DNA from: an uncultured Bacilli bacterium
GTDB taxonomy: Bacteria > Bacillota_I > Bacilli_A > RFN20 > CAG-288
Direction: 5' to 3'
Length of the DNA stretch: 53,983 nt
NCBI GenBank assembly: GCA_944332485.1
Contig: CALVKB010000004.1
Location: 1 to 53,983 of the forward strand
In this document: positions 10,716 through 19,929 of the stretch, piece after piece
Numbering within the stretch: the stretch's first letter is position 1
Layout: every line of letters begins with the position of its first letter
Position numbers and translations under genes: made by a program
The notes under the pieces: model-generated
The model's database searches: none
What the model was told of the DNA's origin: nothing
The model's input: only the letters and a program-made list of their open reading frames with translations

Positions 10716-12194
10716 ATGAAATACATTCTTGTTCTTGATCAAGGTACAACATCTTCAAGAGTTGTTATATATGATGAAAAATGCCGTGTTATATCCAAAG
10801 CTCAGGAGGAGTTCAAACAAATCTATCCAAAACCAGGCTATGTTGAACATGATCCGATGGATATTTTGTCAAGTTCAAGAAGTGTTATTTCAAGTGCTAT
10901 AACAAGGGCGAAAATAAAATACTCCGAGATTGCAACAATGGGTATCGCCAATCAAAGAGAGACGATAATAGCTTGGAATAAAACTACCGGTGAACCAATT
11001 TACAATGCGATTGTTTGGCAATGTCATCGTACCAGTGATTATTGTGAAAAACTGAAAAAAGACGGTTATGAGAACTTCATTCATGAGAGAACAGGTTTAA
11101 AAATAGACCCTTATTTTTCCGCTACAAAAATTAAATGGTTATTTGATAATGTCCCAGCAGTTAAAGCTTTAAGTGATGAGAATAATTTGTGTATCGGAAC
11201 TATCGATACTTTTTTGATGTTCAATCTTTCAAATGGAAAGATTTTTGCAACAGATTACACCAATGCTTCACGAACATTGTTATTCAATATTCACACTTTG
11301 AAATGGGATGAAGATTTATGTAAATTATTCAATATTCCGATGAATTGTCTTCCAGTAGTCAAACCATCAGGTTCATTTTTTGGATATACAAGCAGCGATA
11401 TTCTAGGTGCAAGTATTCCAATATGTGGCGTGGCTGGTGATCAACAAAGTAGTTTATTTGGGCAATTGTGTTTAAATCAATCTGAGATGAAAGTCACATA
11501 TGGAACAGGATGTTTTTTATTGGTGAATACATCTGATAAAGCGATTGATTCAAAACATGGATTACTTACAACATTGTGCTGTTCTCTTAATGATAAACCT
11601 AATTATGCATTGGAAGGTTCTGTTTTTATCGGTGGAGCTCTTATACAATGGTTAAGAGATGAGTTGAAGATAATAGAAAGCTCCGATGAAACTGAAAAAA
11701 TAGCGATGGAAGTTCCAAATACCAACGGTGTTGTAATTGTTCCATCATTTGTTGGATTGGGGGCACCTTATTGGGAATTTTCATGCACAGGATTGATAAC
11801 CGGTTTAACAAGAGGAGTTAATAAAAATCACCTTGTAAGAGCAAGTTTAGAGTCAATAGCTTATCAAGTACATGATGTTATAAAAGCTATGGAAAAAGAT
11901 ACAAAACTTAAAATTAAACAAGTGAAAGTTGATGGTGGAGCTTCAGTTAATAACTTTTTGTTACAATTCCAATCGGATATTTTGAATGTTGATATTCTTC
12001 GTCCCTACAATATCGAAGTCACCTCTTTAGGTGCTTGCTTTTTGGCTGGTTTGACTGCGAATATTTGGAATGATATCGATATGATTAAACAGTTTAATAC
12101 AACTGAGAAAGTATTTAAATCAAGCATTGATAAAGAGCAAAGAAAGAAGTTGTTATCCTCTTGGCATGATGCTATTAAAAAAGCTTTAGCATAA
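10716..12194 (+). CDS. glpK: Glycerol kinase
   Basis: DQGTTSSR, NQRET, DPYFSATK, TDYTNASRT, GDQQ, TYGTGCF; RBS aaggag before ATG 10716. Confidence 0.95.
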   Translation: MKYILVLDQGTTSSRVVIYDEKCRVISKAQEEFKQIYPKPGYVEHDPMDILSSSRSVISSAITRAKIKYSEIATMGIANQRETIIAWNKTTGEPIYNAIVWQCHRTSDYCEKLKKDGYENFIHERTGLKIDPYFSATKIKWLFDNVPAVKALSDENNLCIGTIDTFLMFNLSNGKIFATDYTNASRTLLFNIHTLKWDEDLCKLFNIPMNCLPVVKPSGSFFGYTSSDILGASIPICGVAGDQQSSLFGQLCLNQSEMKVTYGTGCFLLVNTSDKAIDSKHGLLTTLCCSLNDKPNYALEGSVFIGGALIQWLRDELKIIESSDETEKIAMEVPNTNGVVIVPSFVGLGAPYWEFSCTGLITGLTRGVNKNHLVRASLESIAYQVHDVIKAMEKDTKLKIKQVKVDGGASVNNFLLQFQSDILNVDILRPYNIEVTSLGACFLAGLTANIWNDIDMIKQFNTTEKVFKSSIDKEQRKKLLSSWHDAIKKALA

Positions 12195-12454
12195 AAATTT
12201 TTACTTGTAATAAAAAGTTGCTAATATTAAATTTATCCCATATTTAAGACATTTTTAAATTATAATTTGAAGTTTTCTTATTCATGTTTTGATAATTCAT
12301 ATGTATTGATTTTTTAAACTAGTTTAGAGGTGAATTTATTGAATAAATATAGATTAAATGATTATATTAATATCTAATTTATATATATTAATGCCATGTT
12401 TAAAAACTGATAGTTTTCTTTTATAATAAATAGAGTAAGCAAAGGAGAAAAAAT

Positions 12455-13498
12455 ATGCCTATATATGATGTAGTCAAGTTCGAACGTGATCTTGATGATT
12501 GGTTATTGTACAAATATCCTGAAACAGAATTCAATACTAAATCTAAACTTATCGTTAGTACTAGTCAAGTTGCAATTTTGGTTCACAATGGCAAAATTGA
12601 AAAAATTTGTGAGGAAGGGAAATACAATTTAGACACCGAGCTTCTTCCTTTTGTCAAAGAATTTGTGAAGATGATGCATGGTGGAAAAAATTCTTATCCA
12701 CTTGAAATTTACTTTTTAAATAAACGTATTAAATTAGATTTTTTGTGGGGTACGACAGATCCGATTGTCATACTTGATCCTATTTACAATATTCAATTGA
12801 AAATTAGAGCAAGAGGTCAGTTGGGAATTAAATTAAATAATTATCAATTTTTCATAGAAGGTTTAGTTGGTTCATTGATGACTAATTCATATGTTTCATA
12901 TAAACAAGTTTCGGTATTTTTCAGAGGCTTATTAAATCAGAAAATTAAGAAAGTTTTATCAAGCTATATGTTGCAAAATAAAATTTCTTACTTTGAGATA
13001 AATACTCATTTAGACGAAATCGAAAAAGCATTTTTCGATGAAATTAAAGATGAGATAGTCAAATTAGGTTTTTCACTTATCAATATGAGTGTTGAATCAA
13101 TCAATGTTCCTGATGATAATTTGAACGAGTTGAATAAAATTCTTCATAAGAAAGTTGAATACGAACAATTGGGTGATAATTTGTATAGGACATCAAGAGG
13201 TTATGATGTTTTAGAAGCTGGAGCTAAGAACAATTCATCAGTTGGTTCAATAATTGGTTTAGGATTAGGCGGTGATATTGTAAATGGTTCACGTACAAAC
13301 TCAATTATTCCCAATTCACCGCAACAAGAAGCAAATGATGAAATTGTCTGTCCAAAATGTAATACAAAAGTTCCTTCTGGTAGTAAATTCTGTCCTAACT
13401 GTGGTGAAAAATTGGAAACATATTGTCCACATTGTGGTGCTAAACTTACAAGTGTTGGTAAATTCTGCAGTTCATGCGGAAAGAAACTTTCTGATTAA
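12455..13498 (+). CDS. SPFH/band-7-like domain protein with C-terminal double zinc ribbon
   Basis: SKLIV..SQVAI, WGTTDPI...DP N-terminal pattern; four CxxC pairs (CPKC, CPNC, CPHC, CSSC). Confidence 0.8.
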   Translation: MPIYDVVKFERDLDDWLLYKYPETEFNTKSKLIVSTSQVAILVHNGKIEKICEEGKYNLDTELLPFVKEFVKMMHGGKNSYPLEIYFLNKRIKLDFLWGTTDPIVILDPIYNIQLKIRARGQLGIKLNNYQFFIEGLVGSLMTNSYVSYKQVSVFFRGLLNQKIKKVLSSYMLQNKISYFEINTHLDEIEKAFFDEIKDEIVKLGFSLINMSVESINVPDDNLNELNKILHKKVEYEQLGDNLYRTSRGYDVLEAGAKNNSSVGSIIGLGLGGDIVNGSRTNSIIPNSPQQEANDEIVCPKCNTKVPSGSKFCPNCGEKLETYCPHCGAKLTSVGKFCSSCGKKLSD

Positions 13499-13510
13499 GG
13501 AGAATAAATT

Positions 13511-13999
13511 ATGAAAAGAAGTTCGATATTTTTCATTGTAACAGATGTAATATTCTTAATATTATTGATTTTATTACCTATTTTGCTACCTAACGATGCA
13601 ATAGTCAGAAGCAATTCATTATTAAGTTTATACATCGTTACTAAAGTAATTTGTGCTTTGTACTTGGTTGGTTCAATTTTCTTTATTATATTCAGCAAAA
13701 TCGCCTTTGGTATGGGAGTTGTTTTTGCTGGTACTGCTTATTTCACACAGTTGATTCCATTATTTATAAGATTGATCATCACATACGTGAATGATGAAAG
13801 ATCTGCAATAATAGGTGGTGTGACGTTATTCTTATTGTATGTCATGGTTTTATGTGTCTTTATCGGTGCAAGTTTCTATATGAACAAAAAGATGGTTAAA
13901 TCTGATGAAAAATCAGAAGGTAAGCAAACAACTGAAATCGAGAATAGTCTTGATAAATTTATGAAAGAAAATATCGATGACCAACAAGATATATTGTAA
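13511..13999 (+). CDS. Hypothetical membrane protein (~4 TM)
   Basis: RBS aaggag; four hydrophobic segments, charged C-tail. Confidence 0.75.
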   Translation: MKRSSIFFIVTDVIFLILLILLPILLPNDAIVRSNSLLSLYIVTKVICALYLVGSIFFIIFSKIAFGMGVVFAGTAYFTQLIPLFIRLIITYVNDERSAIIGGVTLFLLYVMVLCVFIGASFYMNKKMVKSDEKSEGKQTTEIENSLDKFMKENIDDQQDIL

Positions 14000-14018
14000 T
14001 AGAAGGTTTTGAATATTT

Positions 14019-14276
14019 ATGGAACAGATAAAAAAAGAATGTTCAGGTTGTGGATACACTTTAAATGAGGATATTGAGTTTTGTCCATATTGTGGAAAAG
14101 CTAATCCTTATTATGTGAAGAAATCTGAAAGTTTAACTGTAACTCAACAACAAAAAAACACATCCGAAAATATTAGTACTGAGAAAAAATCAAAATTTAA
14201 TGCATTTATTTTCATCCTTTTACTTTTGATTTGTTGGCCTATTTCCATTGTTTATTTGATTCTTACAATTAAATAA
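14019..14276 (+). CDS. Zinc-ribbon protein with C-terminal TM segment
   Basis: CSGC...CPYCG; hydrophobic C-terminus FIFILLLLICWPISIVYLI. Confidence 0.75.
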   Translation: MEQIKKECSGCGYTLNEDIEFCPYCGKANPYYVKKSESLTVTQQQKNTSENISTEKKSKFNAFIFILLLLICWPISIVYLILTIK

Positions 14277-14287
14277 AATCAAAGAAT

Positions 14288-14641
14288 ATGAAAACTGTTG
14301 CAAGTATATTTTTATTAATTTCTGCCATCGTTGCTGGTATTGCTACATGGGTGTTAACTTTTATAATTTTTGTTTGGTTCTTCGCTATGCAATCTTCTTC
14401 CATAGAAGGTACAATATCGTTCTTCATACTTTTTATTCCAGCTCTAATTTTACTTACAAGTTTAATTTTTTCATCATTTGCATATAGAAAAATTAATAAA
14501 GCAAAAAGTGCAAAGGAACTTTTTGGGTGGGGTATTATTGCTATTTTTCTAAGTGGAATTTTACCTGGAATCTTTATTTTATTGATCCAGGATAGTGAGT
14601 TACAACCATCAGAACCGAAGAATGTTGATTCTATTGATTAA
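14288..14641 (+). CDS. Hypothetical membrane protein (~3 TM)
   Basis: Three hydrophobic segments; operonic spacing. Confidence 0.7.
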   Translation: MKTVASIFLLISAIVAGIATWVLTFIIFVWFFAMQSSSIEGTISFFILFIPALILLTSLIFSSFAYRKINKAKSAKELFGWGIIAIFLSGILPGIFILLIQDSELQPSEPKNVDSID

Positions 14642-14647
14642 TAAAAT

Positions 14648-14680
14648 TATGGCTGTTAAGAACAAATCTTAATAGCCATA
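14648..14680. terminator. Bidirectional intrinsic terminator between convergent genes
   Basis: TATGGCTGTTAAGA-acaaa-TCTTAATAGCCATA flanked by A and T tracts. Confidence 0.8.
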
Positions 14681-14686
14681 TTTTAT

Positions 14687-16771
14687 TTATTTCAATAATT
14701 CTATAAGTGATGTTTTATCAATATTGTTGATAGTTAGATCAATGTAGTCTGTTATCAAATCATCAGGATTTGTCTCACTATTTTGTTGTGACATCATCTT
14801 TTTTTGATATTTAACAACATCATCTGTTTTGATGGTTTTTATATTTGCTAATTCTAAAACAGTGTTTAAAGTTAATTTGCTTTGTGCCATTTTTTCCAAC
14901 CCTTTGATAAAAAAGTCGGTATTTATATCGGATTTAGGAACCCTTTCGAAATTAGAAAAAGAAGTATTATCAAAGGTGTATATTAATTTTTTGTCAGGGG
15001 TTAGTTTAGCAATACCAAATATTATTTCTTGTCTATTATCAGTAATCTCAAGATTAAATTTCATCACAATATTATTTGGATTTACTAAACCATTGAAAGT
15101 TTTCAAATTTAATTCATCTTTATTTATTTTATTAAAATTGCACTTTTCAGAAACAGCAAAAAATAAGTTAAATGGAATTTTGAGAACATCGTTTGAAAAC
15201 AAAATATCATTGTACAAATTTAATGCCACTAAAAATGTCTCCTCTTTTTTGCCAGGAGCTAAAGCCATAATTTCAGTTGCACCATTTTTTGCATCTGTCA
15301 TATCGCCACTGAAAGCGACTTTCATATCAGTGTCGTTGATTCTTCTGTAGGAATTTTCTAAATTACACCAGCCGAAATACTGTGAAGCATTGAATAAAGA
15401 AAGGTCTAAATCTACTCTGATTTCTTCAGTTTCTTTTTTACGCTTGATATTGTACCAGCTAACACCTATTTTGAAAGAGTCTGTATTGATGTCAGAGTTG
15501 ACATTTTCAATTTCAAAAGTTGAACCACATGGGATGTTATCTAAAAATTGTTTCTCTGAAGTTGGTAAAGCATATGTCAAATTAGTTGGAATAAAAACTG
15601 TTTTATTTCCAACGTTTTCCTTAACACGTTCAACTATCTCATTTAAAATTTTTTGTTTTATGTTTGTTGCCATATCTTTATTTTTGATTTTGTTGAAATT
15701 CTCGCAGACAAAGCTTTTGTTGTTTCTGATTCTGTAAATTATTGGATCATTCTCATTGTTCAAACGATAATTGAACATGTTGTAAATTTTAATCAATTTA
15801 AAAGTTGTCGCCACTTTAATGTCTGCGTTAATTTTCAACATTGTTTTTTCATCAAAATTTTCTAAAGAGGATAATCTTTCTAATATTGGTGTCTTAAATG
15901 CAGTTTTATTCTTGTCAGCTTTCTTTCTAAGACGATTTATAATTCTGTTTGTTTCTGAGAAAGAATTAGCTTCAGTTTTCAATGCTAAAAATAAAGGTTT
16001 AAATCTTAAAAATATAGAACTAAGTTTATCTTCACCGAATAATCGGATGTAGGTTGAAAGTAAATCTTGAGTTTCATCATAATTGCTTCTTGCTTCTTTT
16101 TTTAAACTTGTGATGGAATCTTTACTTTTTATAAGTAAACTTTTACCTGTCAATCTATAAATTAAGTAGCGTAAAAATTCTTCAGGATTTTCAGGAACCA
16201 ATTTGTATATTATATAAAGACTAGTTTTCACTTCTCTATTTTCGATAGTTTCAATGTAGTTTCTCAAATCAAAAACACAAGCTAAATTTTCGATGTGTGT
16301 AATTGTAGACTGTGAAAGGGCGATGCCGGAATTTAACAATTCCAACATTGCATTGATAATTTGTTTTTGGTCCATTGGTTTTATTATTGTCAAATTTGAA
16401 TTTTCATAATCAAATTTTTGCATTTTACAATTTTCGTTTGGAATAACTGAATTAGCTGTCAAGCCAAAAGCTTCCAACCCATAGGTTGAAAAGTAATGAA
16501 TAAGTTGTTCTTCAACAAGTTGTTCATCAGTTGCATTTAAAATTTTATCCCATGTTTTATGGAAAGTATTACTCAAAAGTGCATTATCAATTCCATACAA
16601 TTTTATGGCGGCTTTAACTACTGATTTTGGTGCATCATTAAAAATAACCACACCTTTTTTTAATGCAGTTTTATCAATTTTATTGTAATCAATTGCATTT
16701 AAGTCTTCACAATAGTAAGCCTTAAAAACCATTAACAAAGCTTGTTTGACAAGATTTCCAATTTTATTCAT
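14687..16771 (-). CDS. 694-aa protein: helical, putatively Ro/TROVE-like N-region plus C-terminal TerD-like domain
   Basis: RBS aaggagag; TerD-like motifs GVSW...RVDLDLSLF and FSGDMTDA..GATE; N-terminal TFHKTW...EQLIHYFSTYG. The Ro-like assignment is inference. Confidence 0.6.
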   Translation of the reverse strand: MNKIGNLVKQALLMVFKAYYCEDLNAIDYNKIDKTALKKGVVIFNDAPKSVVKAAIKLYGIDNALLSNTFHKTWDKILNATDEQLVEEQLIHYFSTYGLEAFGLTANSVIPNENCKMQKFDYENSNLTIIKPMDQKQIINAMLELLNSGIALSQSTITHIENLACVFDLRNYIETIENREVKTSLYIIYKLVPENPEEFLRYLIYRLTGKSLLIKSKDSITSLKKEARSNYDETQDLLSTYIRLFGEDKLSSIFLRFKPLFLALKTEANSFSETNRIINRLRKKADKNKTAFKTPILERLSSLENFDEKTMLKINADIKVATTFKLIKIYNMFNYRLNNENDPIIYRIRNNKSFVCENFNKIKNKDMATNIKQKILNEIVERVKENVGNKTVFIPTNLTYALPTSEKQFLDNIPCGSTFEIENVNSDINTDSFKIGVSWYNIKRKKETEEIRVDLDLSLFNASQYFGWCNLENSYRRINDTDMKVAFSGDMTDAKNGATEIMALAPGKKEETFLVALNLYNDILFSNDVLKIPFNLFFAVSEKCNFNKINKDELNLKTFNGLVNPNNIVMKFNLEITDNRQEIIFGIAKLTPDKKLIYTFDNTSFSNFERVPKSDINTDFFIKGLEKMAQSKLTLNTVLELANIKTIKTDDVVKYQKKMMSQQNSETNPDDLITDYIDLTINNIDKTSLIELLK

Positions 16772-16813
16772 ATTACTCTCCTTTATAAAAATTTGCGTTG
16801 GAAAGTTATTATT

Positions 16814-16887
16814 AAAAAAGACGGTCGAGAAGTAATTTTACTTCTAACTGGTAGAATCTTTGACATGAGGAACTTCATTTGACCGCC
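16814..16887 (-). ncRNA. Putative Y-RNA-like stem-loop or structured leader upstream of the TerD-like gene
   Basis: 5' GGCGGUC pairs with 3' GACCGUC (one G-U, valid on minus strand only); GAAGU/ACUUC inner stem; followed by U6. Confidence 0.55.
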
Positions 16888-16904
16888 AAATTAAATTGCA
16901 ATGC

Positions 16905-16960
16905 TTAACAGAATATACAAATATCAGCAGTTTTGATGTTTGGTATATTCCAACTGTTAA
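16905..16960 (-). other. Second long hairpin at the predicted transcript start
   Basis: TTAACA/TGTTAA, GAATATAC/GTATATTC, AAATATCA/TGATGTTT nested inverted repeats. Confidence 0.55.
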
Positions 16961-16962
16961 TA

Positions 16963-16991
16963 ATTTTAAACACAAAAAAATTTAAATGCAA
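16963..16991 (-). promoter_or_regulatory. SigmaA-type promoter for the ncRNA/TerD-like gene
   Basis: TTGCAT-17 bp-TAAAAT on minus strand; start near 16956. Confidence 0.55.
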
Positions 16992-17322
16992 GTAAAAATT
17001 TTATTTTTTTCAAAAAAATTGTTATTAAACGTAAAGTCCCAAAATTAAGCATTTAATAGGATTTATTATTTATATTTTATATATATGTTAGAGATTTACA
17101 TAGAAAAAAATTAGAGAATAAATTTAAAATTTTTTTAAATTCTTGTTTGTATTTCAAAAATTTTTTAATATTCAGCCTTATTTAACCATGAAAAACACAA
17201 ATTTAAATCAATTTAATAACATATTGAAAAAGTATTTAGACAAAAAAGCTCTATTATCAGAGCTTGATGTTTTTCAAGTTAAATTTAATTTGCATTAAAT
17301 GCTTTGATATATCATGTATCAG

Positions 17323-17426
17323 TGCTACTAATTGAACACCCATTTGCTTGTTTGCTACTGAGTGAATACATTACCTGCGACTGAGTGAACATACACTTTT
17401 TTACAGGTTTTTTACAAATAGTAGCA
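17323..17426. repeat. Cluster of short direct repeats at island left edge
   Basis: tgctactaattgaac (17323), tgctactgagtgaat (17353), tgcgactgagtgaac (17376), inverted agtagca (17420). Confidence 0.6.
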
Positions 17427-17505
17427 TTATTATTACAGAAATATACCAATATTTACAGATTTTGTTGAAAAATGACAGATTTCAACAAAGATGGTGTTTT
17501 TTTAA

Positions 17506-17748
17506 TTAGTCTAAATAAGCTTCAAAATCACCAAATGAGCTGACTTTTTGAAGTTTAACATCTGGGAAAGAAGTAACAATTTGAATCTTAATTGTTTCTT
17601 TAGAAAAAGATCTACTGTTGACGATTTTTACTTTGTAATCTCCAAATGAGTCAACGAATTGAACTTTTAAATCAGGGAAAGAAGTAACAACTTTAAACGT
17701 GACTTTTTTCCCTTTGAACTGAGATAAATAACCTTTACTGTAACCCAT
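17506..17748 (-). CDS. 80-aa tandem-repeat protein resembling the 7_1 (septoil) knot family
   Basis: RBS aaggag; two 37-aa-spaced units VTSFPD.K.Q.V.SFGD; DNA repeat GGGAAAGAAGTAACAA at 17564 and 17675. Confidence 0.7.
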   Translation of the reverse strand: MGYSKGYLSQFKGKKVTFKVVTSFPDLKVQFVDSFGDYKVKIVNSRSFSKETIKIQIVTSFPDVKLQKVSSFGDFEAYLD

Positions 17749-17809
17749 AAATTTCTCCTTTTTAATAAATATATAAAATTAAGTGCACTATTTTATGTAC
17801 ATTAGTGTT

Positions 17810-18908
17810 TTATTTAAAAATCTCATCACCTTTTGTTTGAATTATGTATATCGCTTTCTCAATAAAATAGCTTACTTGTTTTTTAATTTCATCATAGTTT
17901 TGAATATCGACTTTAGGCTCAACTTTTTCGTTCCATGTATCAAAATATTGATAAACCCAGTTTCCTGAATAAGAACATGGATTTTTACTCATTGTGGTAG
18001 GATGTCCAAAGATCTCTCTTTTACTTTTTTTATCAAACGTTTTATCAAACCACTTTTCTTCAAGACCTATTTTAAAGATGTTTTCAACAGGTCCTTTGGT
18101 TAAGCCAAGGAAAAGTCTAAATTGATTGTCTTCGATTTGGACACCGATTTGTCCTTTATAATTGTCTCCACTTCCTTTTTGTAATTCAAAAGAGATTGTT
18201 GATTTGCCGTTGTGGAATGACCTAGAAATATAAAAGGTCCATCCAGGAAGGTCTTTGATCTCGTGTTCCGCTAATAATCTTAATTCTTCACATGTTTGAA
18301 CAAAATCATCAGCTTTGTTTTTTCTAAAAACATCCATTAACCTGACTTTACATAATCCTTATTATATTTTCTGACCAATAAGAAAGGCGACCAGCCGTCT
18401 CTTTTAGAGAAAGGTCCATTAAAATATTGATTGAATCCAAAACTTCGCAGTAATCATGAACAATTGATTTCAAATATTCATTATGAATATCAAGCGTTCT
18501 CAAAAAAGAGGAAATTTCATGATAAGAAATAAAAGACCATTTATCCGGTAATTCAAATGGCGGTTCTTTAATACCCGTAATTACACCTTTTTCTAAATTG
18601 GTTTTTTTACTGTATCTTTCTAGCTGTGAGCGATTAGGGTAAGACTTAATTTTATTCTCAATTACATATTCCTTGCCTTTTGAATATATAACAAGGTCTC
18701 TATTTTTATCTTCTCTCTCAATCTCAGCTTCAGAGTAAACATCGATTTCTTTAAAGAAAAAGGAGATAAGTCCTTTGCATTCTTCCTGTTTCATTAAGTA
18801 AGCCCAAAAATTTGAATGAAACAGCTCTTTTGAACCTAAAGACATAGAAAACACAGGCGATTTTCTAAGCTTCTCAATATTTTCTATAAATAATTGATTA
18901 TTTTCCAT
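17810..18908 (-). pseudogene. PD-(D/E)XK nuclease (PDDEXK_4-like) split by a 1-nt frameshift near 18361
   Basis: SLGSKELFHSNFWAYL, RE...RDLVI, VIENKIKS in 5' ORF; removing one base joins 18348-18908 and 17810-18337 into ~365 aa. Confidence 0.65.
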
Positions 18909-19896
18909 ACTTAGCAATTATCCTTTCTGCTTCTGTTTTTGCTCTTTCAATCAGAGATTGAGGTGATAAAATGGTTACGCACTCGCTGTACTGCATATAC
19001 CAGTAGAACAAAGCACTTTCATTACACTTAATATCAGCATACAACTTACCATCCTTGCTATATGTTCTGGCATTTTTACCAAACCAATCAATAACGAATT
19101 GAACGTAACTTGATTGTTCCAACAAGAATGTAGCTTTAATTACTTTTCCATCTAATAGATAGATATTGTCATTTAAATATTTAGCGATATCAAAATCTTT
19201 TACACCTTCTAATGACTCAATTGGCTTAAGCGGCCATTCATCTTCAATTTTTGGATTAAGCATGTAGTCAATTCTGAACCACGTGATTGCACGATATTTT
19301 TCGCGATAATTGCAAATCAAGAAATAACGCCCATTACTATTAGCTGAATAATACGGAGAAACAATGTAACGATAACCGTCCATTTTGGTGTAAGGTTTTC
19401 CGTTTTCATCAAACGTTAAATATTGGAATGAGAGTCTTTTTCCTCTACGTTTGGCTTCTTCAATCAGTTCTAATGTATAGAATAATTCCTTGTTCTCTGA
19501 ACGATTGATTTCGTTACCTTTATAAATAAAGTTGTAGTCTTCTCTTTGATATCTGCTCAGACACGAGTTGAGTTTTTTAGAGAGTTCGGCTGCTTGCTTA
19601 CCACTAATTGACTTACTAGAAAACAAAGAATCAACAATATATCGAATCTCGCTATTATTAAAACTACGTGATAATAATGCATAGCCACCTCTAGGGGACT
19701 TGTTGATATCGTAGTCCAGTTCCTGTAATAGCGATATAGAAAAAGCTACCGATTTGCGTTCTAATTCGATTCCATACAATTCATCAACTTTATTAATGAT
19801 GTCTTGCTGTGTTAGAAAATGATCCTCATCAGAGTATTCTTCCAACACTTTTAAAATCAATAAAATTGAAGCTTTCTTATTTTCAATCATCAACAT
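18898..19896 (-). CDS. WYL-domain transcriptional regulator (wHTH-WYL-WCX)
   Basis: ILKVLEEYSDEDHFLTQQDI wHTH, LSFQY, VSPY...GRYFLI, FRIDYM, VIDWFG, QYSECVTILSPQSL; start ATG 19896 or 19890. Confidence 0.9.
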   Translation of the reverse strand: MLMIENKKASILLILKVLEEYSDEDHFLTQQDIINKVDELYGIELERKSVAFSISLLQELDYDINKSPRGGYALLSRSFNNSEIRYIVDSLFSSKSISGKQAAELSKKLNSCLSRYQREDYNFIYKGNEINRSENKELFYTLELIEEAKRRGKRLSFQYLTFDENGKPYTKMDGYRYIVSPYYSANSNGRYFLICNYREKYRAITWFRIDYMLNPKIEDEWPLKPIESLEGVKDFDIAKYLNDNIYLLDGKVIKATFLLEQSSYVQFVIDWFGKNARTYSKDGKLYADIKCNESALFYWYMQYSECVTILSPQSLIERAKTEAERIIAKYGK

Positions 19897-19929
19897 AATT
19901 ATAGACCTTAATGCTCGGCATTGCACTGA

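Noticed and set aside
415-11084. Short antisense or alternate-frame ORFs inside suf, mnmG, ABC and glpK genes
   Set aside because: Overlap well-supported genes, lack RBS and motifs; shadow ORFs.
14829-16052. Plus-strand ORFs (up to 173 aa) opposite the 694-aa gene
   Set aside because: Antisense shadows of an A-rich coding strand.
16903-16962. attC-like look (GCTTAAC ... GTTAATA) of the second hairpin
   Set aside because: R/L box spacing is wrong, R' is imperfect, and there is no integron integrase or cassette array.
17323-17390. Possible mini-CRISPR
   Set aside because: Repeats of 10-15 bp with 8-15-bp gaps are too short; no cas genes.
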